Shown: piece after piece, positions 52,925 to 63,600 of the stretch
How the letters are laid out: each line of letters opens with the position of its first letter
Position numbering within the stretch: position 1 is the stretch's first letter
IMG/VR virus record: IMGVR_UViG_3300033067_000113
Span: 9,199-73,198 of that record
Direction: 5' to 3' (one strand)
Length of the DNA stretch: 64,000 nt
Origin: a virus
Taxonomy: Duplodnaviria > Caudoviricetes
Made by a program: the position numbers and the translations under genes
The notes under the pieces: model-generated
Databases searched by the model: none
The model's input: only the letters and a program-made list of their open reading frames with translations
Told to the model about the DNA's origin: nothing

Positions 52925-55780
52925 ATGGCAGAATTTAAAATTGGTAGATTGCGCTTCACATGGAGAGGGCAATGGGCTACCGGAACATTTTACAACAGAG
53001 ATGCTGTAAGTCAATACAATGGTAAGACTTATGTATGTTTAGAACCTCATACATCTGGAGAGTTCTACGACGATTTAGCACATATTAATCAAGCAGGTGC
53101 AAGTACTCCTTACTGGACTTTAATGCTTGAAGGTAAAGAATGGAAGCAGGCATGGGAGCCAACAACATTTTATAGTTTAGGTAACATTGTAACCTACGGC
53201 GGTGTTGTATATGTGTGTACAGAACAACACACTAGTGGATCTGCACAAATTGATTTAACTAAATGGGACACTTATTCTAGATTTGACAATTGGAATAATG
53301 CATGGACAACTGCTACTGTGTACGGCATTGGTGATATTGTTAAGTACGGCGGTATCGTTTATCGTTGCGTAACTAACCACTTATCAGATGCATCTGCAAC
53401 TGCTGGCTTAGAATCAGATCAAGCTAAATGGGAAGTTGTTAATAACGGCATCGACTATAAAGGTAATTTTACATCTACTCGTTATAAAAAGAACGACCTA
53501 GTAAAGAATGGCGCAGATATGTACATCTGTTTAACAGGCCATACTGCATCATCATTTGATGTAACTAAGTGGTCTACTTGGTTGCCAGGTTTAGATTTTG
53601 GTACCACATGGAATTCTGGAGCAACTTATCAAGTTGGTGACTTGGTTATTTACGGTGGCTATTCTTATGTTTGCGTGAGCTCTAATAATACCGGCAACAT
53701 TCCTTCAACTAGCACTAGTGACTGGAATATTGTAACTGAAGGTTACTCAATGAAGAATGAGTGGGACACTGGCTCGTCTTACAAAATAGGTGATGTAGTT
53801 CGCCGTGGTGGCCTACTATTTGTTGCAGTATCAGACAACACTAGTAAAGATCCTTCTGGCTTTAGCGTATCAACAACTTACACTGCCGCTGGTAGTAGCG
53901 GAACTACTTTAGAAGTTGCTTCTACAGCTGGTATCGTACCAGGAATGATTGTTCACGGAGTTGGATACTTACGAGGTCAAACAGTTGTATCAGTAGTTGA
54001 TAACAACACATTAATAATTAGCGAAGGCCCCGACGGCGTAGCAGTTGACGGCGAAACTATCGCATTTGTTGGTGTAAATTATGTATTCTGGACATTAGCA
54101 GTACCGGGTGTTGCTTGGAAAAACTTCTGGGAATCAGACTTCGATTATGTGATTGGAGATTTAGTTATTTGGGGTAACGGGACATATCGTTGTGTAAGTA
54201 ATCACACAAGCGGCGCCGTATTCCGTCCAGACTTAGATACTGATAGACAATATTGGATTGATTACCTATTACATGCTAGAGAAAATGCAGGTAACTCTCA
54301 AGGTGACCTAGTAGCATTTAATGGAACTGCACCGGCAGCAATTGCCAGTGGTCCTGAAGATTATGTACTCCGAGTTAATACTGATTTGCCAGCCTGGGCA
54401 AAGATTTTAAAAGTTAACAAAGTTTTCTATGTAGCTACTGACGGAGTAGATGCAGACGACTACGGCGATACTTTAGATAAGCCATATGCATCAGTTAAGT
54501 ATGCTACTACTAAAGTTCTAAACGGCACAGAGTTTCAAAATACAAATGCATTACTAAAAGCAAACAAAGAATGGTTAGTTGAAGAACTATACCAATGGAT
54601 GCTTTACCAATCAGCAAACAATAATCTTCCATTCTCGACTACTTCGGTATTTGATGAAGCTGCATCTAAAAGAGATGCACGATTGATTATTGATGCAATT
54701 TCTTATGACATGTCTAGAACTGGCAACAGTCAAATTGTTGCGGCAACAATTAAATATTTTGCTGACGGCAGTACTACTACATTCTTTAATCAAGCAACTG
54801 ATGATGCACAAGATTATATTGTTGCATCATTAACTAAGTTAAAAGAATTGATGAATGCAGTATTTGAAAATGATCCACCAGCATTTAACTATCAACAATT
54901 AAATGTTACATGGGATTCTGGAACAACTTACGCAACTGACGATGTTGTATTCTTTGCTGGTAATTATTATATTAGTTTGTTAGACAATAATTCTGACAGC
55001 CAGCCTGATGTATCAGAATCTTGGGCATTAACTACTGTCCCTACAACTGTAGTAGAACAAACAATTGACTTAGTAAATCTTCCTGAAGGTGGATCGGTTG
55101 CTGAGATGTCATCTTTAATGGACATTGTTATCACAGCAATTACTAATGCAAACACTAAAACTGTACCTCAACCTAACCAAGGTATTACATCTACAATTTT
55201 TGTTAAGACAGGAACATACTCAGAAGATCTACCGATCATCTTACCAGAAAACTGTGCGCTATGTGGTGACGAACTTCGTGGTACTGTTATTCAACCTAAG
55301 AAGACAGTGTACACATACACTACTTCTTCAAGAGCATTAACTAACAGATTTACACTACATTCTACAGACGGATTAGAAGTAGACATGCCTATTCAGTTTG
55401 TATCAACAGGCATCAACGACGAGTTTAGTGAAATTATTATCGGCCAAACTTTCTATGTCTTAGAAATTATCGGCAAAGAAATCACAGTATCAACTGAACC
55501 TGGCGGCAGCGAATATGAACTAGTCACTGGTACTGGTTTCATGACAGTATATGCTGGCGATTGTTTGAAAGATATGATCTATGTTCGAAACGGCTCAGGT
55601 GTTCGTAACATGACATTAACTGGGCTAGCTGGAACATTAACAGAACTAAACATCATTAGATCCAGGCGCAGGCCCAGAAGACACTACTGTTTGGATTCTA
55701 AAGCGTTCGCCTTATATTCAGAACGTCACAACATTTGGTGTTGGCGCAACAGGCTTAAAGATCGATGGTACATTACATAA
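52925..55780 (+). CDS. Large fibre/adhesin with Trp/Tyr carbohydrate-binding-like repeats, N-terminal part of a frameshifted gene
   Basis: Repeats of W-x(4-5)-Y-x-x-GD-x-V-x-YGG-x-x-Y-x-C-x-x-x-H. The last ~42 aa after LTELN (IIRSRRRPRRHYC...) look out of frame. Confidence 0.75.
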   Translation: MAEFKIGRLRFTWRGQWATGTFYNRDAVSQYNGKTYVCLEPHTSGEFYDDLAHINQAGASTPYWTLMLEGKEWKQAWEPTTFYSLGNIVTYGGVVYVCTEQHTSGSAQIDLTKWDTYSRFDNWNNAWTTATVYGIGDIVKYGGIVYRCVTNHLSDASATAGLESDQAKWEVVNNGIDYKGNFTSTRYKKNDLVKNGADMYICLTGHTASSFDVTKWSTWLPGLDFGTTWNSGATYQVGDLVIYGGYSYVCVSSNNTGNIPSTSTSDWNIVTEGYSMKNEWDTGSSYKIGDVVRRGGLLFVAVSDNTSKDPSGFSVSTTYTAAGSSGTTLEVASTAGIVPGMIVHGVGYLRGQTVVSVVDNNTLIISEGPDGVAVDGETIAFVGVNYVFWTLAVPGVAWKNFWESDFDYVIGDLVIWGNGTYRCVSNHTSGAVFRPDLDTDRQYWIDYLLHARENAGNSQGDLVAFNGTAPAAIASGPEDYVLRVNTDLPAWAKILKVNKVFYVATDGVDADDYGDTLDKPYASVKYATTKVLNGTEFQNTNALLKANKEWLVEELYQWMLYQSANNNLPFSTTSVFDEAASKRDARLIIDAISYDMSRTGNSQIVAATIKYFADGSTTTFFNQATDDAQDYIVASLTKLKELMNAVFENDPPAFNYQQLNVTWDSGTTYATDDVVFFAGNYYISLLDNNSDSQPDVSESWALTTVPTTVVEQTIDLVNLPEGGSVAEMSSLMDIVITAITNANTKTVPQPNQGITSTIFVKTGTYSEDLPIILPENCALCGDELRGTVIQPKKTVYTYTTSSRALTNRFTLHSTDGLEVDMPIQFVSTGINDEFSEIIIGQTFYVLEIIGKEITVSTEPGGSEYELVTGTGFMTVYAGDCLKDMIYVRNGSGVRNMTLTGLAGTLTELNIIRSRRRPRRHYCLDSKAFALYSERHNIWCWRNRLKDRWYIT

Positions 55781-55883
55781 CGGCGGTAACAAGTCTATCG
55801 TTTGTAACGATTTTACACAAATTATCAGCGACGGTATTGGTGTATGGTGTACAGGTACTGGCTCATTAACTGAGTGTGTATCA

Positions 55884-58800
55884 GTGTTCTCGTATTATAA
55901 CTATGCAGGTTATCTAGCTGAAGACGGCGGCAGAATCCGTGCTACTAACGGTAACAGCTCATACGGTGTGTATGGTTGTATTGCTGAAGGATTTGATGAT
56001 ACCGAAGTTCCTATTGCAGGTGTTGTTGATAACCGTTCAAGCCAAGTTCAAGCAAGTGTACAAAGCTCGTTTGGTGTTAGCGCACAACTATTAAAGATGC
56101 AATATGCTAATGCAGGTTCTGGTTACAACGAATCAACAACAAACTTATTAAAGAATAGTAATCATCTTGACGAAACAGCATCATGGACAAGTGATGGTAA
56201 CTTAACAATTCAACAGAATACGACTTCACCTAGTGGTTATGCAGACGGATGGACATTAACTGGCAACACTTCAACTACTGATTCAAGCTACTTGTATCAG
56301 AACTTAACAGTGGCAGCTCCAGGTGCATCATATACTGCATTACCGGGTTTAAATGTAACAGGTTCTGGTATTGGTGCTGACTTTAATGTAACTGTAAACA
56401 GTACTTCGTATGCTGTAACAGTTAACGAAGGCGGCTCAGGTTATGTTATCGGCAACCAAATTAGAGTATTAGGCAGCGCCCTAGGCGGTATTGACGGTAC
56501 TAACGACTGTTTTGTAACAGTGGCTACATTGTCCGGAAGTTCTATTTTAACAGTAACCGTTACTGGTACAGTACCTGAAGGTAGTGCATTACCTTACACT
56601 TTCAGCATCTATGCAAAGCAAGGATCATCAAACTCGTTTGATGTATACGCAACCTATAGTGGTTCTGTAGCAATGACAAGTTCTATTAATTATAACTTTG
56701 TTACAGGTAACTTTACACCTTCTAGTTCAGGCGGCGGCTTAACACCAACATCATATGGTAAACTAGAATTACCAAATGGCTGGTATAGAATTTGGTTTAC
56801 ATTCTATGATAAGAATGCGCTAAACACTGCATTGCAAATTAGACTGTATCCAAGAGGTCGTGCTGCCCCTGCAGGTAGTACTAGATTCTACGGATCACAA
56901 TTACAAATTAGTACTAGTCCAACATTCTACTTAGAGACAACTGACAATCGTCACACCGCATTTGCTAACTATCGTATTGTTGGTGCAGGTACTGGTGCAG
57001 AAACTATCGGCGACGAACTAAGAACTGGCGCAGTATTCCAAACTCGTGTTACTGAAGTTGGATCAGGCCTCGGCGGTGCAGGATACTTAACAGCTCAGAA
57101 CAATGCTCAAGGCGGTGATGATGTATCAGTTACATTGTCCGGCTCTGATACTAATCTAGCAACAAACTATATCGGTATGCGAGTTTTCCTAAACAGCGGT
57201 ACAGGTGCAGGTCAATACGGATATATTTCTGCGTACGATGATGCACTTTCAAAAGTTGCACAAGTTCTAAAAGAATCGTTTGAACCGTTAGGAATTGTTG
57301 GATCAGATAGCACTAGTGATGTACTATCATTATCTCCTAGTTTCAATACATCTACATTGTATGAAAATCAACGAGTACAATTTATCCCAACTTACTATAA
57401 CACAACTGTTAGCAGTACAGGTATTGATTCTATTACAGTTACAGCATCTACAGGCGGAACAGTTAACACTCTAACAGTATCTAGCACAAAGAAACTAACT
57501 GCTAACATGCCTATCAAATTCTTTGGAACTACATTTGGCGGCGTGGTTACAGACTATGTCTACTACATTAAAGAAATTATTGATGATGTAACTATTACTA
57601 TCTCAACTGAAATCTTTGGAGCAATTTGGTTGCTAACATCGTCATCGGGATCGTTTACAATGACATTCCCTGGTTACAATAGTTACATTTCTGCTAGCAC
57701 TTCTAACATGCAAGTGAATATGCCTGTACAATTTACAGGTTCATCACTCGGCGGTATCAGTGTAGGAACTACTTACTACATTAACAGTATCGTTAATGCA
57801 AACACTTTCACCATTAGTTCAACACTAGTTGAGATAGAAGTGACAGCATCGAACGCATCAACTAATGCGCTAACTACTGCGTCTACAGCATCACTAGTTC
57901 CATTAAATCCAATTGTGTTCTCAGGTGTTACTTTTGGTAATATTGTAGCAGGTACAACTTACTACATTAACAAAATTGTAAGTCCTGGCGCATTTACAGT
58001 TACTAGTTCGATCATTTCGGTACAAGCTAGCGAAACTGCTATCTCAACAAACTTGATCACAGTTAACAGTACTGCTGGCTTCATAGCAAATAACCCAATT
58101 GTGTTTACAGGCAACACATTTGGCGGTATTGTAAACGGAACTACTTATTATATTCTAGCGATCAACGATGATACTACTTTTACAATTAGTACAAGCCCAG
58201 GTGGTTCGGCATTTAACCTAACATCAGCTACTGGTGATATGTTGACAAGAACTACAGACGGCCCTGTAGTACTATCTACTGATACCGGTTCAATGACAGG
58301 CTCGTCAACTAACGCTAAGACTTCATTGGCTTATGGATTTGGAGCAATGAATGCTACATTCAGTACTAAATTATTTGGCAATGTATTAGCAGGTACAACT
58401 TACTATGTTAGAACTATCAACAGTGATTCGTTCACTATCAGCGAAACATCAGGCGGTGCAAACTTTGCGTTAAAAACTGATGCAGGAGCAATGAATGTGG
58501 CCGCAGTAGGGTGGGATCATATTAATCCAGGTACTCCTATTGCAGACAACTTAGACAGCTCAACTGTTTATTTTATTGAAGCTAGAACAATTTACAGTGC
58601 CCCTCCGTTCCTGCAAACATCGACTACTATCAATGCTATTGCTCCTGGAACAGAATGGATCAGCGTAGCCTACGGTAACGGTATGTTTATGGCATTGCCT
58701 AGCGGTAACGCAACCGGCGGCATGTCAGTTAATGGTACTGACTGGGAAGCATTTACCTTACCGGATATGCGTAGTTGGGTTGACATTGCATATGGTAATC

Positions 58801-60572
58801 ATTACTGGGTTGCGTTATCAGAATCCGGATCAATTACTGATACCTATTCTAAAGTAGCAGTGTCTAATTCAAGCGGCAGCGGTTGGAGAATGTTTGATTT
58901 ACCAGCTAAGACTACATGGAGCAATATTGCCTACGGTAACGGACGATTTATAGCGATCGCTGCCGGTACAGCAACATCAGCATACAGTACAACATTTGGA
59001 TCAACTTGGACTTCTGGTACAGGTCTTCCGAATACAACTTGGTCTGACTTAACATACGGCAAAGGTGTGTTTGTTGCAGTAGCTAGCGGTGGAACTACTG
59101 CGGCATATACTACAACAGGTGCAACATGGACATCAGCAACACTTCCAGCATCAACAACTTGGTCAAGTGTTGCGTTTGGTAACAACTTATTTGTTGCAGT
59201 ATCGAATACTAGCTCACCATCAGCATATAGTCAAGATGGGCAAACTTGGAATCTAGGTAATGTTTCAATTACTGCTGATAAGATTGCTTACGGACAAGGT
59301 GTGTTTGTAGCAGTTGATTCAACTAGTGGTACTGCATATACTAGCGAAGACGGTGAGAACTGGATTGTTAGAACTGTAACCAACGACGGATATGGAGCTA
59401 TTGCATTCGGTTATGTTGCTGAAGATGACTATACAGGTAAGTTTATTACAGTGTCTGGTCAATCAACTGGCAGTATTATCAGTGCAGGTGCAAGAGCTAA
59501 AGGCCGCGCAGTTATTACTTCAGGCAAAATTAGATCAGTAAGCCAATGGGAAGCAGGTAGCGGATATGCAACAGCACCGACACTAACATTTACAGATCCA
59601 AACGTCACTAACTTAGTTACTGTGGAAATGAGATTAAGCAACGGTACATTAGGTAATCCAACTTTTGTAAACAGAGGACAAGATTATAACACTAACTCGA
59701 CAGCAATTACTATTACAGGTGGCGGCTATGCTGATACCTTCCAAGTTGGTTTAACTATCATTGTTAAGAACTTAACAAGTTTACCACGCCCAGGCGATAA
59801 CTTAGTAATTGAAGGCAACACCAAAGTGTATAAAGTTACTGATGCAACAGCAGTGTTTGGTACAACAGCTCCAAACATCCAAGCAAACATCCAGGTATCA
59901 CCTGAAATGACAACTGCACTAAGTCCAGTACACGAAGCGGCAGTTACAATTCGTCAAAAGTACAGCCAGTGTCGTTTAACTGGACATGACTTCTTGAATG
60001 TGGGCTATGGTAACTATATTGATTCTCGTTACCCAGGTGTCCCAACAGACACAGTTCTTGCTCCACAAGACCAAGCAGTCGAAGTTAATTTCGGTCGTGT
60101 GTTCTACACAAGTACTGACCAAGACGGTAACTTTAAAGTCGGTAGTTTGTTTGCAGTTGAGCAGTCAACTGGTATTGTTACTATTAGTGCATCACAATTT
60201 GGATTAAGCGGATTGGAAACATTGAGCTTGGGCGGTATTGCAGTAGGTGGTTCAAGTGTTATTGTTAGACAGTTTAGTACAGACTCATCGTTTGTAGCAA
60301 ACAGCAATGAAATTATTCCAACACAACGAGCAGTTAAGGCTTACTTAGAATCTCGTCTAAGTCAAGGTGGTTCAAACACATTTACTGGACAGTTGATTGC
60401 TGGTACAGTATTAATTGGTGGCGCTGACAAGATCTCTAGCACAATTCCAAACGGAATTGCAGGATCAGTTGTAAGAATGCCAAACACCGTGCGTGTAGAA
60501 GGTGAATTTGCAGGCTGGGATGGCGATGGTATGGCATATCAGTTCTTTATGAAGAACGCTAATAACCGCTAA
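55884..60572 (+). CDS. C-terminal part of the same fibre/adhesin (frame opens at 55650): beta-helix, CBM-like domain, repeats, beta-propeller
   Basis: The frame is open from 55650 and reads TSLDPGAGPEDTTVWILKRSPYIQNVTTFG...SIVCNDFTQIISDGIG before the GTG at 55884, which lacks an RBS. Later come MP(V/I)QF..GTTYY repeats and VAYGNG.FVA propeller repeats. Confidence 0.75.
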   Translation: MFSYYNYAGYLAEDGGRIRATNGNSSYGVYGCIAEGFDDTEVPIAGVVDNRSSQVQASVQSSFGVSAQLLKMQYANAGSGYNESTTNLLKNSNHLDETASWTSDGNLTIQQNTTSPSGYADGWTLTGNTSTTDSSYLYQNLTVAAPGASYTALPGLNVTGSGIGADFNVTVNSTSYAVTVNEGGSGYVIGNQIRVLGSALGGIDGTNDCFVTVATLSGSSILTVTVTGTVPEGSALPYTFSIYAKQGSSNSFDVYATYSGSVAMTSSINYNFVTGNFTPSSSGGGLTPTSYGKLELPNGWYRIWFTFYDKNALNTALQIRLYPRGRAAPAGSTRFYGSQLQISTSPTFYLETTDNRHTAFANYRIVGAGTGAETIGDELRTGAVFQTRVTEVGSGLGGAGYLTAQNNAQGGDDVSVTLSGSDTNLATNYIGMRVFLNSGTGAGQYGYISAYDDALSKVAQVLKESFEPLGIVGSDSTSDVLSLSPSFNTSTLYENQRVQFIPTYYNTTVSSTGIDSITVTASTGGTVNTLTVSSTKKLTANMPIKFFGTTFGGVVTDYVYYIKEIIDDVTITISTEIFGAIWLLTSSSGSFTMTFPGYNSYISASTSNMQVNMPVQFTGSSLGGISVGTTYYINSIVNANTFTISSTLVEIEVTASNASTNALTTASTASLVPLNPIVFSGVTFGNIVAGTTYYINKIVSPGAFTVTSSIISVQASETAISTNLITVNSTAGFIANNPIVFTGNTFGGIVNGTTYYILAINDDTTFTISTSPGGSAFNLTSATGDMLTRTTDGPVVLSTDTGSMTGSSTNAKTSLAYGFGAMNATFSTKLFGNVLAGTTYYVRTINSDSFTISETSGGANFALKTDAGAMNVAAVGWDHINPGTPIADNLDSSTVYFIEARTIYSAPPFLQTSTTINAIAPGTEWISVAYGNGMFMALPSGNATGGMSVNGTDWEAFTLPDMRSWVDIAYGNHYWVALSESGSITDTYSKVAVSNSSGSGWRMFDLPAKTTWSNIAYGNGRFIAIAAGTATSAYSTTFGSTWTSGTGLPNTTWSDLTYGKGVFVAVASGGTTAAYTTTGATWTSATLPASTTWSSVAFGNNLFVAVSNTSSPSAYSQDGQTWNLGNVSITADKIAYGQGVFVAVDSTSGTAYTSEDGENWIVRTVTNDGYGAIAFGYVAEDDYTGKFITVSGQSTGSIISAGARAKGRAVITSGKIRSVSQWEAGSGYATAPTLTFTDPNVTNLVTVEMRLSNGTLGNPTFVNRGQDYNTNSTAITITGGGYADTFQVGLTIIVKNLTSLPRPGDNLVIEGNTKVYKVTDATAVFGTTAPNIQANIQVSPEMTTALSPVHEAAVTIRQKYSQCRLTGHDFLNVGYGNYIDSRYPGVPTDTVLAPQDQAVEVNFGRVFYTSTDQDGNFKVGSLFAVEQSTGIVTISASQFGLSGLETLSLGGIAVGGSSVIVRQFSTDSSFVANSNEIIPTQRAVKAYLESRLSQGGSNTFTGQLIAGTVLIGGADKISSTIPNGIAGSVVRMPNTVRVEGEFAGWDGDGMAYQFFMKNANNR

Positions 60573-60598
60573 ACTAGAAACGGAAAAATTGAATAAGA

Positions 60599-60604
60599 TA
60601 AATA
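60599..60604 (+). promoter_or_regulatory. Late promoter (TAAATA)
   Basis: agaTAAATActatcaGAGGAtgatataaaATG(60625). Confidence 0.75.
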
Positions 60605-60624
60605 CTATCAGAGGATGATATAAA

Positions 60625-63600
60625 ATGGCAGAATTTAAACTAGGTAGAATCAGATTTGTATGGCAAGGTGAATGGACCTTTAGCACAACTTATGTAGTAG
60701 ATGATATAGTTAGCATTAGTGGTAAAAGCTATATCTGTGTAAGAAGTCATACAGCCGGCGTTACAGATGGCACATTTGCTGGCGACCTAAACATTCCAGG
60801 CGCACCAAAGTGGGAACTAGTCAGTGACGGCACTGAGTGGCAAGGCGACTGGACACCAAGCACCTATTACAATGCTGGATCACAAGTTAAGTACGGCGGG
60901 TTAGTATATGTTTGTACTACTGCACATACTTCATCTACCTATGTATCTCCAACATGGTATGGCTTAGAAGGCCTTGGCAAAACAACTCCGGGTATTCAAG
61001 ACGATATTGATAACTGGGAAGTATTTGCAGAAACATTTAACTGGACAGGCAACTGGGCTCCAGTTACTCGCTATCGCCTAAACGACTTTGTTGCATACGG
61101 CGGTGTCACTTATGTATGTAATACTGCTCATATCTCAGGCGCTGATGCAGCCGCAGGATTAGAAGCAGATATTAGCAAATGGGATATCTTTAATAAAGGT
61201 ATCACTTACTTAGGCGATTGGAACCCAGCAGGCGGAATTCGCTACAGATTAAACGATGTTGTTAAGTACGGAGCAAGCACTTGGATTTGCGTAACACCTC
61301 ACACATCAACAACTAGCTTTGATGATGTTAAGTTTGAAATCTTTGTTGAAGGTTTAGAATTTGAAAGCACATGGGACACTGGTACAATCTATCAGATTGG
61401 TGATACTGTAACATACGGTGGTTACTCATACATTGCTAAGAGAAACAACATTGGTTCAAATCCGTCTACTGGTGCAAATGCAACTTTAGATTGGACAGTT
61501 TATACAACTGGTTTTAACTTCCGCGGCGACTATGTTGGCGGAACAGCATACTTAGTAGGTGATGTAGTTCGCCTAGGTAGCTATACATATCTTGCGATTG
61601 ATGACAGTACTAACCAAGTACCTCCAAACTTAGCATTCTGGAACAGATTAAACTCTGGTGTTAACTGGACTAATCCTCAAGAAACATTCACAGGCGTTGC
61701 CGGTACTACACTAACTGGTATCGGTGAACTAGCAACATTCGATGTTACTCGTTCAGGTACAGCATACAGCGTAACAGTTAACGCAACTGGTCAATACTAC
61801 GAAGTTAACGACACAATCAAAATTTTAGGTTCAGCACTTGGCGGCCTAAGTCCAGTTAACGACTTGACAATTACAGTTACTGCCGCTAACGCAGGTGCAA
61901 TTGAAACTGTTAGTAGCGCAGGCATTGCAGTAACATGGACTGACGGTAATGTTTATGTCTTAGGTGATGTTGCATTCTACGGTGCAAACAGTTACATCTG
62001 CGTTGCTGGCCACACTGCTGAAACAGCAAACCGTCCAGATAACGATGTTGCTTCAGAATTCTGGAACTTACTAGCTGCCGGCTCAGAGTCAGCAGTATTA
62101 ACAGTACAAGGTGACACATATTTTTACGGTGCTAACGGCCCAACAAGATTACCAATTGGTACAGACGGACAGATCTTGCGTGTCCGCGGTGGTTACCCAA
62201 CATGGACTTACTATGGTGTAGTTAACAACATTGTTTATGTTGCACCTACAGGTACAGATAGCGAAGAAACAGGATGGGGTCTAACAATAGACAAGCCATG
62301 GAAAACTGTTCGCTATGCATGTGACCAAGTTAGACACGGTTACTTAAACAGAAATGCAACTGCTATCTTAAAGAAGAACAAGCAGTTCATTATGAAAGAA
62401 ATTTCAAACTGGGTAATTGATACTTACTCAGTAGCTATAACTGCTAGTAGCAACGGTACTAACGAATTTACAGCTGATGATACATCGACACTAACTGCTG
62501 GTATGCCTATCGAATTTGATGGCGTCGGTGGAGGTGTTGTAGCAGGAACTAAGTATTTTGTTAAAACTGTAGTTAGCGACACAAAGTTTACTATCAGTGA
62601 GACACAAGGCGGAACAGTTAAGCCGTTGTCTACTACTAGTATTGCAATGACTGGACAACTAGCATACGATCAAGCATTGTGTGAAAGAGATACAGGCCTA
62701 TTAGTTGATGCTTTGATACACGATATCGGCCGTGGCGGCACTGACATGACTACTAAGGCTGCATTGGCCTATTACACTACTGCCGGCTTCAGCTACATCA
62801 ATAGTAACTTTGGACAACAGACTGTTCAAACTATTGCCGCATACACATACTTGAAAGAGTTAGTAGGTAATGTATTAGCACAAACAGCTCCAGCAGTAAA
62901 TTACCAGACAGCTAACGGTGTTGTAAACGGTGCAGTACAAATTATTGATCCTTCATTGCTAGCAGAAGCTGGCATTGCTACAGTCACTGATTCATTACTA
63001 ACTATTGTCACTGACGGAATTGCCGCTGGAACAGCAACTGCGATCCCTGCAAGTGTTAAAGCTAACACTACAGTTAATGTTAAGACAGGTACATACTATG
63101 AAGTATTGCCAATTATTATTCCTCCGTTTACTGCGGTTGTAGGCGATGAACTTCGTAGTACTGTTATCAGTCCGAAGGCAGCTATTCCGAATCTAGTTAA
63201 CGATAAAGAGAAGACAACTTCTGCGCTTAACAGAATTAAAGCAATCGTTCCAAATATTGTTTCAAACACTACAGTAGTTCCAACAACTGGAAATACTACT
63301 GCTCAAGTAGTATCAGTTGGAACTTATACAGGCGCCGTTGCGTTAACTGCTAACATCAACATCATGACTAATGTACTTGCAAACGGAGCAACTAGTGCTC
63401 CAGCATTTACATATCCTGATCCAACCGGTTACGATTCTGGTTACTCAAATGCTCGCCGATTAATTGTTGCAAACAAACAATTCTTAAAAGACGAAGTTGC
63501 AGCCTATATGGTTGCTAACTTTGGATCTGTATGGACAGGCTTAGGTGTAGATGGTCAGGCAGCTTGCCAGCGTGACGTCGGTTACATTGTTGACGCACTA

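Noticed and set aside
55650-55780. T4 gene 60-style ribosomal bypass as the cause of the split fibre gene
   Set aside because: Bypassing skips extra sequence, whereas here residues seem to be missing. No matched take-off/landing codons with a stop and hairpin were found.
61910-62119. 69-aa minus-strand ORF near the right end
   Set aside because: It is antisense to the open 60625->64000 fibre frame, with no RBS or motif.
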